A stretch of 64,000 bases of DNA. Origin: a virus (lineage: Duplodnaviria; Heunggongvirae; Uroviricota; Caudoviricetes). Numbering within the stretch: the stretch's first letter is position 1; each line of letters starts with the position of its first letter. The notes beneath the pieces were generated by a model. It did not search any database. It had not been told where the DNA came from and saw nothing but the letters and a program-made list of their open reading frames with translations. Of this stretch, positions 47,429 to 56,464 are shown in pieces. Position numbers and translations under genes: made by a program. The stretch is taken from the IMG/VR virus record IMGVR_UViG_3300013902_000267; one strand, 5' to 3'.

Positions 47429-47590
47429 AAAATATTTTAAAAAAATTATTGATAAAAATCAAACTTTTGAATATTTTATCAATAAATATTATAATCAATA
47501 ACGTAATTTAAAATTTATTTTAACTATCTGGTCCTGTCTGTTTGTGAAAATCGTCAGGACTTCTTTTTATTTAACATAACTCATATTATT

Positions 47591-47884
47591 ATGCAAACAT
47601 TAAAAATTAAATATAAATCAGATAATATAGATATAATTAAAAAATATATACAGTAGTATAATTCTGTATATAGGGTTGCATATAATAAATTAAATAATTC
47701 TGAACATGTTTCTTATAAAATATTATTAAAGTTGAATAATATAGAATTATTAGATAGTTGGTTTATATTATCTGCATTAACTGATGCTAAAACATTATTA
47801 TCTATTATTGGTAAAGGTAATCGTAAATTTAAATTAAGCTATAATTTGACATCAGTTATTTTAAAGTTAAAAGATAAAAAATAA
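47591..47884 (+). pseudogene. Probable truncated TnpB-like (OrfB) N-terminal remnant, 97 aa
   Basis: MQTLKIKY..QQYNSVYRVAYN..LNNIELLDSWF..SA..DAK..GNRKFKL pattern recalled from phage TnpB-like N-termini; no RuvC. Confidence 0.45.
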
Positions 47885-47920
47885 ATTTTAAATTGATTTT
47901 TTAATTCCAAAAATTATGTG

Positions 47921-47928
47921 TATCTTTG
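47921..47928 (+). promoter_or_regulatory. Bacteroidetes -7 promoter element TATCTTTG
   Basis: TAnnTTTG before the ATG at 47979. Confidence 0.75.
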
Positions 47929-47978
47929 TATTGTTAATAAAATAAGATAATAAACAATTAAAAATAATATAAAGAATT

Positions 47979-48545
47979 ATGGCACAGAAATCATCAATAG
48001 AAAGACAGCATGAATTTGATATTGCATATATGAACATGGCTCTCGCTATGAGTAAACTTTCATATGCAATTAAGAAACAAGTAGGTTGTATTATTGTATC
48101 TAAGGATGATCAGGTAATTTCCCAAGGATTTAATGGTATGCCTATTGGAATGCCTAATATCTGTGAGGAAATCTATAATATCAATACAGGTGAACATACA
48201 ACACTTGAAACTCCTGAATCATATCATGATAAGAAGAAGCAAGAGGAAATTCTTGTACAGTACCGTAATATCAATAAAGGTATGATGCCAGGCTTTCGAC
48301 TTATTACAAAGGATATTACCTTGCATGCTGAAAGCAATGCAGTAACGAAACTTGCTAAGTATAATTCATCAGCAAAAGGTGGAACCGTATATGTAACACT
48401 TTCTCCTTGTATTCATTGTGCTAAACTTTTGGTACAATCAGAGGTATCTCGTGTTGTTTATCTTAATAATTATAAGAGTGATGCAGGTATTAAACTTTTG
48501 GAAGAATGTGACATTGTAGTAGAGAAACTTAATATTGATGAGTAA
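47979..48545 (+). CDS. dCMP deaminase
   Basis: QVGCII, GFNG, HAESNA, SPCIHC. Confidence 0.92.
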   Translation: MAQKSSIERQHEFDIAYMNMALAMSKLSYAIKKQVGCIIVSKDDQVISQGFNGMPIGMPNICEEIYNINTGEHTTLETPESYHDKKKQEEILVQYRNINKGMMPGFRLITKDITLHAESNAVTKLAKYNSSAKGGTVYVTLSPCIHCAKLLVQSEVSRVVYLNNYKSDAGIKLLEECDIVVEKLNIDE

Positions 48546-49462
48546 TGAATATAGATAAATTAAAAAAAGATATATCAATATCTATTAAAGATACATTAAA
48601 AAAATATAATTTTAATGATTCCAAAATTAATGATATTTTGGAATCATTAAATTCATATATGGATGAAGGAATAGAGTTTGATGATGAAACACATATTGTT
48701 TCATTCAATCCAAATCATCAAGAATATGTAGATACAAATGATCCTTGGAACCCGAAACCTATATATAATGAAGTAGAAGGTTATAAGGTAATTTCGATAT
48801 TTAAACGTAAAGAAACAGAAGATAGATATGATGGTAATCCATTAATTTATGCATTAAAAGGTTTGCATGGATGGAAATTTTCAAATCCATCATATGATAT
48901 ATTTGCTTTATTACGTAGATTCGTTGCAGTTACAAAAGAATTAAAAGAAAAGTTTGATGTAATTATTACTATACCTTCTTCAAATAAATTAAATACAGAA
49001 GTATTATATAGAGTTAAAAAACTTATTACGTGCGAACATACATATACTGATTTTTTCCAGAAGCTTGATGCAAATGACGTATATGAAGGTTTTTTAAATA
49101 CTGATTGGTTTGATACTCATTGTAAAAATAAAGAAGAGGAAGAAAAAATACATAAGTTAATATCAAGATCAATACGGCATATGAATTTACCAAAAAATAA
49201 AAATGGCAATGATGGAATATTTTCATATAAATTTTTAGGTAAACCATTAAGGAATGCAATTATTCAATCTATGTATATTAATGATATATATAAAGATGAA
49301 ATTACATATGGAAAATATCTTAATGATAAGAAGATATTGGTTATAGATGATACAGTTACATCAGGTAAAACTATATCAGATTCTGCTGATGCTATATTGG
49401 AAACTTATGCACCAAAATCAATAACATTTTTAACTTTATTTTCTCCATTAACAAAAAATTAA
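48545..49462 (+). CDS. Phosphoribosyltransferase-domain protein (ComF-like)
   Basis: PRPP-binding ILVIDDTVTSGKT; TIPSS. Confidence 0.8.
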   Translation: MNIDKLKKDISISIKDTLKKYNFNDSKINDILESLNSYMDEGIEFDDETHIVSFNPNHQEYVDTNDPWNPKPIYNEVEGYKVISIFKRKETEDRYDGNPLIYALKGLHGWKFSNPSYDIFALLRRFVAVTKELKEKFDVIITIPSSNKLNTEVLYRVKKLITCEHTYTDFFQKLDANDVYEGFLNTDWFDTHCKNKEEEEKIHKLISRSIRHMNLPKNKNGNDGIFSYKFLGKPLRNAIIQSMYINDIYKDEITYGKYLNDKKILVIDDTVTSGKTISDSADAILETYAPKSITFLTLFSPLTKN

Positions 49463-49555
49463 TATTTTTTTGAAAAAAAGTTTCAAAAATGAGAGACTTT
49501 TGAAAAAAATTTAGATATATATAATAAAGAAATAATTTTTAAAAACAAAAAAACT

Positions 49556-49669
49556 ATGAAGCAATTTAATAACATATATAAAAATAACGTTGATATTTAT
49601 GCCGATTCATTTAATTGGTATGAACAAGATTGTTATGCAGATATGTTACGAGATATTGTGATTAGTTAA
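49556..49669 (+). CDS. Small ORF, 37 aa, before the tRNA cluster
   Basis: ATG to TAA. Confidence 0.4.
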   Translation: MKQFNNIYKNNVDIYADSFNWYEQDCYADMLRDIVIS

Positions 49670-49778
49670 TACGTTTATAAATAAAGAAATAATAGTAAAA
49701 CGATTAATATATTTTAAATCTTGAAACATTCTGCAATAAACAGAGAGTTTCAAGATTTTTTTCATTTATTATAGAAAT

Positions 49779-49869
49779 ACACAGATGTGCGAGTGGTTGA
49801 TGCAGTTGGTCTCCAAAACCAATAACGGTATATATGTACTGTTCGAGGGTTCGAATCCTTCTCTGTGTG
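49779..49869 (+). tRNA. tRNA-Trp(CCA) with a long variable arm
   Basis: acacaga/tctgtgt acceptor; ttggt-CTCCAAA-accaa; 7-bp V-arm; TTCGAAT T-loop. Confidence 0.8.
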
Positions 49870-50061
49870 CAAATTAAAAATTTATACAAATAAAATAAGA
49901 ATAATATGACAAAGTTAATACGACATATACATAAGCATCGAATACAGTTATAAATTGTTGATCTTATATTATACATTATTATATATAGGATTGACATAAG
50001 AAATCATGTTCCTATATGTTTAATGATATATTGTTGTATTATATTTAGGAACACTCCATAG

Positions 50062-50136
50062 TGGGGTGTAACTCAAAGGTCAGAGTGGTATTCTTAATAA
50101 GAATACTGGTAGTGGGTTCAACTCCCACCACCCCAA
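50062..50136 (+). tRNA. tRNA-Ile(AAT)-like, 6-bp anticodon stem
   Basis: tggggtg/cacccca; gtattc-TTAATAA-gaatac; anticodon register ambiguous. Confidence 0.6.
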
Positions 50137-50160
50137 CTAAAAATAAATTAAATTAGAAAA

Positions 50161-50409
50161 ATGGAAAAGATTAATTTAAAATCTTTAGTTAAGGGTACAG
50201 CAGACATTGTTTGTGTAAATTCAGGTGGTATTGTTGTTTATAACATTACATCAGATGATAATCATATATATTAGTTAGAAATAGATTTATCAGATAAACA
50301 TGATGTAGGTGAAACAGCAGCATTCTTGCCACATTATGATAGAGCTCTTATTCTTATGAGATGGATTAGACGTTCTATAGATAATGATACTATAATAAAG
50401 ATTAAATAA
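50161..50409 (+). CDS. Hypothetical protein, 82 aa
   Basis: Open with one TAG; C-terminal LMRWIRR. Confidence 0.7.
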
Positions 50410-50461
50410 AAATATTTTTGATTTTTTATCAGACAAATTTTTTTATTTGAAATATATTATG

Positions 50462-50624
50462 TATCTTTGTATTGTTAATAAAATAACAAACAAAAATTGT
50501 TCTTTGAAATATTGATAACAAAATAAGAAAATAAAAATCTTGAAATTTTTTCTTAGAATATTTTTTTAATTCAAAATAAAGATGTATCTTTGAATTGTAA
50601 TTAAAAAATAAAGTTCTTTGAAAT
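50462..50624 (+). promoter_or_regulatory. Tandem TATCTTTG promoters, each followed by a boxA-like GTTCTTTGAAAT
   Basis: Promoter elements 50462-50469 and 50585-50592; boxA-like 50499-50510 and 50613-50624. Confidence 0.7.
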
Positions 50625-51065
50625 TTTGATAGACAAATATAGAAATTATTCATATAATATATGTTATGTTTAATGTTACTGAGAAGTTAATCAGATATAA
50701 TATTGAACTTCAAATTTAAAAGTAACTTCATAAATAATTTAATTATTGTTTATGTGAGGAAACAAACATAACTATATGAATTTATAATAATGATGCTGCC
50801 AAAGAAAAATATGATTGAAAAATATCAGGCTCTATATAAGATTTCTTATATTAGACTGCTTGTCCAAAGTGCATCAGGAGATATATATAGAATATTAAAG
50901 TCCTTTTAATATTGCTATTGCTTTCAAAAAGATATATCTCCACGAGCTGAATAGAACAAATGAACGACTCAAGCTAATGTTTGGTTATATACATAAATCT
51001 TATAAGAATAAGAAGTGTCACTGTAACGGTCGGATGTGTAGTTAACTGACTTTAAAGTTATATTT

Positions 51066-51136
51066 GGGTATTTAGCTGGAAGGTCAAGCATCTGACTGTT
51101 AATCAGAAGACGTGGGTTCGATTCCCTCAGTACCCG
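51066..51136 (+). tRNA. tRNA-Asn(GTT)
   Basis: tctga-CTGTTAA-tcaga; cloverleaf. Confidence 0.85.
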
Positions 51137-51484
51137 CAAGTTAAAAACATAACATTTATATATGAAGGCTCGTACCTTTCAAATTCAGATGATACCGTCA
51201 AGGCGGAGATATATAATGTTTCTGAATATGTTTTTGATGATTGATTAAATAATAACGTAGTTTAACGGTAAATGAAGTCTTACGTTAAAGTAAGGGTTAA
51301 ACAATTTAAGAAATAAAAACAGCGCTATTTCTTTTATTTCTTAAAAAGAAGGGTTCATCACTGCGTATTGCAACTATGAAGTAAGGGAAGTGCAACTCCA
51401 CCCTGTTAGTTATTTAATCTTATTTTTAATTTAAATTAAATTTTTATTATAGTATACCACTTGTGAAAGCAGTATACTAGATTT

Positions 51485-51557
51485 AGATGGTTAACTCAGT
51501 GGTTAGAGTTCTCGGCTTACATCCGAGCTGTCAGGAGTTCGAATCTCTTACCATCTA
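51485..51557 (+). tRNA. tRNA-Val(TAC)
   Basis: ctcgg-CTTACAT-ccgag; cloverleaf. Confidence 0.92.
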
Positions 51558-51841
51558 CCTTTTGGGTTTGTCTTTCGTATAGACATGGTATTACTATGGT
51601 CCTAAAGAAAAGAGAAGTAACGAGGTATGAAAATGAAATATAGATAAGGGGAAAGGAGCATTAACTGCGAGTGCAGTGTGCAAAATGGAACTGGAGTGAA
51701 AGATGATTAGTGAAGCGAAAATTGAAGTATGTATTGTAAGGATAAAGGTGTGTTCGAATCCATCAAGACAACTAATAAAAATATTTATAATTTAAATAGA
51801 CTTTTATATGTTTATTCAATATAAATATTGAATCATAAAAT

Positions 51842-52055
51842 ATGAAGATATTTATGTTTTATATATTGAGTATTTATGAATTGAGTCGTTAGAAGAATTT
51901 AATTTATAAATTATGTATGTAAAAATTAAATAAATTCATATTTTTAAAAAGATAAGATTTAGATAATTATTTTTCTATATAGTTAATATATAGTTTTTAA
52001 GGTTAACTTCATATATATTATAAAATTTATATATGTTATTAAGTTAAATATCTAA
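51842..52055 (+). repeat. Dispersed ~210-bp repeat, copy B
   Basis: Matches the reverse complement of 3339-3551; 26-codon ORF at 51842-51922. Confidence 0.9.
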
Positions 52056-52111
52056 ATATTGTTTTTAACTCAAAAGAATTTTATAAGGTATTATCTAAAT
52101 CTCTATAAATT

Positions 52112-52185
52112 GGGGGTATAGCTCAGTTGGCTAGAGCATCTGCTTTGCACGCAGAGGGTCATGGTTTTGAGTACCATTATCTCCA
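52112..52185 (+). tRNA. tRNA-Ala(TGC)
   Basis: G3:U70; tctgc-TTTGCAC-gcaga; T-loop TTTGAGT variant. Confidence 0.9.
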
Positions 52186-52515
52186 CGCTAGGTGTGAAAC
52201 ATTACAGTAATAAGGATTAAACTATATTATTAGGCAATATACTTAATTACTTATTAAATAAATGAATTAAAGTAAACATGTAGGATATATTATTAAGTCT
52301 AAATATAAAATATATTTGAAGGCGTATCTTAAATTCATTCTGGTTAGAACCTATTTTAAATCCTATAGGTGAACGGGCAGCGGTGAATGTTTCAGGTAAA
52401 ATTTAATGAAATATATTATCCCACAGGGCAAGGGCGTGCTATTAAAATACCGTAAAGCCGGTAAGCTATAAGAGTATTAAAAGGTTCAATTCCTTTTGTA
52501 TATTTCATTAATTTT

Positions 52516-52598
52516 GGGTGAGTGTCCCGAGTGGCAAAGGGGGCTGACTGTAAATCAGCTGTCATTTGACTTCGTAGGTTCGAGTCCTACCTCACCCA
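52516..52598 (+). tRNA. tRNA-Tyr(GTA)
   Basis: gctga-CTGTAAA-tcagc; long variable arm. Confidence 0.95.
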
Positions 52599-52603
52599 CA
52601 AAT

Positions 52604-53020
52604 ATGTCAGAATTAAAAGAATATATATGTGAATCTTGTAATAAAAAGTTTTATTCTACTAAGACTTTTAGAAAAGATAGACATATAAAATGTGATGAAT
52701 GCAAACAAAAACGTAAACATTCTAAAGAAAATGAATTAAATAGTATATTAGATTGTTCTAAAAGAACAATATCTAAAATATTGAAACGTTCAAAAATAGG
52801 ATGTGCAATATGTGGGTGGAATGAATCTACTTGTGATATTCATCATATAATAGAAAAATCTAATGGTGGAACTGATGATATTTCTAATTTAATTATTGTA
52901 TGTCCAAATCATCATAGAATGATACATACGAATAAATGCTATTCAATAGATTATTTACAAAGTTTATCTATTAAAAATACATTTAATAATTGGAAAGATT
53001 ATTATCATCCAGAAAGATAA
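52604..53020 (+). CDS. HNH endonuclease, 138 aa
   Basis: CAICG..DIHHI..GG..NL..CPNHH; ATG 5 nt after tRNA-Tyr. Confidence 0.85.
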   Translation: MSELKEYICESCNKKFYSTKTFRKDRHIKCDECKQKRKHSKENELNSILDCSKRTISKILKRSKIGCAICGWNESTCDIHHIIEKSNGGTDDISNLIIVCPNHHRMIHTNKCYSIDYLQSLSIKNTFNNWKDYYHPER

Positions 53021-53042
53021 TTAGTTATGTAAGTTAAGATAT

Positions 53043-53117
53043 GGTGCGTTAGTTCAGTTTGGTCAGAATGCTACACTGTCACTGTAGAGGTCACGGATTC
53101 GAGTTCCGTACGCACCG
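53043..53117 (+). tRNA. tRNA-Asp(GTC)
   Basis: ctaca-CTGTCAC-tgtag. Confidence 0.93.
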
Positions 53118-53126
53118 CAAAAATTT

Positions 53127-53362
53127 GGTTATATAGTTCAAAATAGGTGGAGTAGTTAATAACTGGTAATTGACATGAATATCTATTGGAAGTAATATAA
53201 AAACTAATATGAGATGTTTGCGGATCAAATGGTATTATTCTTAAGCTCTTTTACCGTTATTAGTTTTTATATTATGAGTAAGTAGAGAATACAATAATTA
53301 TCGTTTACTCATAGAATACCCTGGGTCGAGGGAGATTAATGGTTCGAATCCATTTATAACCG
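53127..53362 (+). ncRNA. tRNA-like RNA with a ~170-nt structured insert in the D-loop
   Basis: ggttata/tataacc acceptor; aatgg-TTCGAAT-ccatt; gttc/gaat D-stem; anticodon unclear (Pro-like). Confidence 0.6.
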
Positions 53363-53396
53363 CTATGAATATTATTAGATATGTTTATTGAAACAT

Positions 53397-53467
53397 TGGA
53401 CTATAGTATAATGGTAGTACAGAAGATTTTGGTTCTTCTAGACTGGGTCCGAATCCCGGTAGTCCAA
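53397..53467 (+). tRNA. tRNA-Gln(TTG)
   Basis: gaaga-TTTTGGT-tcttc; tggacta/tagtcca. Confidence 0.85.
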
Positions 53468-53507
53468 CGATTTTAGTGAATATTTAAAAATAATAAAAAT
53501 ATTATAT

Positions 53508-53580
53508 TGCGGGATGGAGCAGTTGGTAGCTTGTCGGGCTCATAACCCGAAGGTCGTGTGTTCGAGTCACACTCCCGCTA
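53508..53580 (+). tRNA. Initiator tRNA-Met(CAT)
   Basis: 1:72 mismatch; GGG/CCC anticodon stem. Confidence 0.92.
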
Positions 53581-53589
53581 CTATTAAAT

Positions 53590-53664
53590 GGACCTTGCGT
53601 ATGGCTGGTGCCTGTACATCGGACTGAAACTCCGGGGGTGGTTGTTCGATTCAACCAGGGTCCA
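53590..53664 (+). tRNA. tRNA-Phe(GAA)
   Basis: tcgga-CTGAAAC-tccgg; atypical D-arm. Confidence 0.82.
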
Positions 53665-53995
53665 CAAGTTATTAGAAATATACTTTACAGTTTTAATGTC
53701 GTATATTATCTAATAATGATATAAACAAGTATAGACTTCCAAGTAGAATAATGAGTAAGTTTATAATTATATGCTAGCTAATTTATAGACAGAAGAACTG
53801 ATAAGGGTTACAGGTCAATTATTGAAAGGAATTGGTTTGAACATTAGTTCATAGATGTGAAGAGCAGCAGATTTCGTAAGAAGCCATAAGTTGACACACA
53901 ACAATTTCGTAAAACAGCGCAAGTGCCTAATAGCGAGTATTCCTTTATATAAAGGGTGAAAAAGTCTGTGTCTCGTAAATCTACTTGTTTAATTT

Positions 53996-54069
53996 TGGGT
54001 GGTAGTTCAGATGGTTAGAGCGCATCCCTGATAAGGATGAAGTCGTGAGTTCAAGTCTCACCCACCCAA
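53996..54069 (+). tRNA. tRNA-Ile(GAT)
   Basis: catcc-CTGATAA-ggatg. Confidence 0.92.
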
Positions 54070-54257
54070 CAAATATTTAATAAAAAAGTTGTTAATAATA
54101 TAAACTTTTAAATATTATATTCATATAAGATTATGAATTTAGTTCTTTGAAATATGAAAGAAAATAATTTATAAAATATTTTTTAATTACAAATAAAAAT
54201 AAAAGATGTATCTTTTTAATGTAATTAAAATAGTTATGTAAATTAAAATATAGAGTT

Positions 54258-54330
54258 GTTCCGTTAGCTCATCTGGCAGAGCACGATACTTTTAATATCG
54301 GGGTAACGAGTTCGAGTCTCGTACGGAACA
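54258..54330 (+). tRNA. tRNA-Lys(TTT)
   Basis: cgata-CTTTTAA-tatcg. Confidence 0.92.
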
Positions 54331-54422
54331 CTATAACTTGATTAGTATATCTAAAATTAATTTATTAAAAAATATAAACATTTACTTATAAATTGAATAT
54401 AATATAAGAGTTTAAAAATTAC

Positions 54423-54496
54423 ACTACAGTAACTCAGTCGGTTAGAGTTCCAAGCTTATACCTTGGCGGTCGGGGGTTCAAGTCCCTCCTGTAGTA
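54423..54496 (+). tRNA. tRNA-Ile(TAT)
   Basis: ccaag-CTTATAC-cttgg; actacag/ctgtagt. Confidence 0.88.
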
Positions 54497-54692
54497 CAAA
54501 TTGTAAATGAATTAAAGTATTTGACTTATGATGAGACTTTAATTAGTAAGAAATATAAGTGTTTATGAAAGTTTATTTATGATGATGGAAGTCAATACAG
54601 CAAACATATATAATTATGATAATGTTTACTAGAAAAAGAAAACTCAAATACTTAAAAATAAATGACTTCTGATTTTTATAATTTTGGTGAAT

Positions 54693-54766
54693 GGTTCTGT
54701 AGCTCAGTTGAACAGAGCAGTGCTCTTCTAAAGCACGGGTCGTGAGTTTGATCCTCACCAGAATCA
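54693..54766 (+). tRNA. tRNA-Arg(TCT)
   Basis: gtgct-CTTCTAA-agcac. Confidence 0.88.
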
Positions 54767-54811
54767 CATAATGGATTAAAGATAAATATATGAAACAATT
54801 AATTTTTATAT

Positions 54812-55108
54812 ATGATTAATCCTGAAGTAATTATCAGTTAGGAAGACGTGAAAATAATTGATAGTTATAAAATAAAATCTATTAAAAACATGAAATGTGT
54901 TATTAATAGTATACGTGAAAAATGTGATAAAACTTATGTTATTCATAAAAGGAGTATGTATAGTTTAATAAATGAATGGAGATCACATAATCTTCTTTAT
55001 GATTTGCATATAAAAAGGGAATAGACAAAAGATGTGGATTTAGATAATGAAACATTATTCAGAAAAATATGTTATTCAATATTATCTATATTTTATCTAC
55101 ATTTTTAA
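54812..55108 (+). CDS. Hypothetical protein, 98 aa
   Basis: Open with 2 TAGs; EWRSHNLLY motif. Confidence 0.65.
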
Positions 55109-55443
55109 TATATAACGAGAGTTAGTAGTATAGCATTGTCCGGACCATTATTAAAAGTTTTAATTATTTCTTTTAGTAATGATATGCTGATTTAAATTAT
55201 AAATAAATAGATTTAAAAAATAATTATGAATATAAGTAATTTAACCTTATATTTAAGAGAGACTGAAAGATTATTTTAATCTATTGATAATTAGTTTCAG
55301 GAGTTGAATATAGTTTTAATCATGATATGTAGTTCTATTAAAATAAACTTCATGATATAGGAAGTATATGTTTTCTCGGTAAAGTATACGCCTGAATATT
55401 AGAATAAAAAGAATAGTGTCCGTAGATAAACTATTCAAATTTT

Positions 55444-55658
55444 GCTTCGATAGTTCAGTTGGTTAGAACGTCTGACTGTATACAGGAAACAACCTGATTA
55501 AATTAAACTACATAATGCTGTTAGGTATCAGACTTGCGGACGCAATATTGATTTATAACTATTATAGTAATAAATTTAAATCGCTGAAAGTTTAGTTGGT
55601 TCGAATCCAATTTATGTAGCTAATCAGAAAGTCGTAGGTTCGAGTCCTACTCGAAGCG
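55444..55658 (+). tRNA. tRNA-Asn(GTT) interrupted by a 141-nt anticodon-loop insert (55480-55620)
   Basis: gcttcga/tcgaagc acceptor; tctga..tcaga stem; loop CTGT|TAA; G73. Confidence 0.8.
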
Positions 55659-55663
55659 CAAAT

Positions 55664-56320
55664 ATGAGAGAAAAAGAATGTCGTATATGCCATATTCATG
55701 GTAATACATTATTTTCTTTATATACATATAATAATAAAATACATTGGGTATGTAATAAATGTTAGACAGAATATGTATAGCGACGTCGAGAACATTTAAA
55801 ATTATTATCAGTTGCATATAAAGGAAATAAATGTCAATGTTGTGGATATAATAAATGTATATCTGCATTAGAATTTCACCATATAGATCCTAATAAAAAA
55901 GAGTTTGGAATAGGATATGCAGGTTATACACATGGATGGAATGATGTTAAATTAGAATTAGATAAATGTATTTTAGTATGCGCAAATTGTCATAGAGAAA
56001 TACATGCTAATATAATAAAATGCCCAACTGAAATTATAAAAGATGAAGAAAATGTTAATATTTTATTAAATAAATTTAAATTTGATTCTATAAATAGGAA
56101 TAATGATTATAAAAAATTAGTTGAAAAAATAGAACCAATTAAAAATTATACAATTCCTACAAAAGAAGAATTAATACAATTATTTAAGAAATATATTACA
56201 TTTGAAAATATTGGTAGATTATATGGTATTACAGGAAATGCCATTAAAAAATGGTGTAAAAAATATGATTTACCATATAAATCAAAAGAATTAAAAGAAT
56301 ATATAAATAAATTACCATAA
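55664..56320 (+). CDS. HNH endonuclease with C-terminal HTH, 218 aa
   Basis: CQCCG..LEFHH..KCILVCANCHREIH; 2 TAGs. Confidence 0.85.
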
Positions 56321-56464
56321 ACGTCATGAGCCTTCTTAGAAAAAGGCGGTTTTAGTAACTGTACGAAGTATGTTAATACACGTGGTTAATATATATTTCA
56401 ATAAGGGAAATTATAATGGATGTTGGCTAAGCAACTTCTTATATACGGTAATTTTTTAATATTT

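Noticed and set aside
52321-52508. tRNA-Leu-like or tmRNA element
   Set aside because: Acceptor-like and T-arm pairing (gaaatata/tatatttc; aaaagg/cctttt) is present, but the anticodon stem does not pair and there is no C74 or tag frame, so it is left uncalled.
52496-52603. N-terminal extension of the HNH ORF in the track
   Set aside because: It overlaps tRNA-Tyr; the ATG at 52604 is the credible start.
54693-54766. Possible amber suppressor (CTA in the anticodon loop)
   Set aside because: The 7-nt loop CTTCTAA puts TCT (Arg) at 34-36. No CUA-anticodon tRNA was found in this window; it may lie elsewhere.
55480-55620. Group I intron, or splicing to a CUA suppressor
   Set aside because: Only 141 nt, no recognisable P7 core, and no terminal G at the required junction. 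Joining CT to CTAA gives a 6-nt loop.
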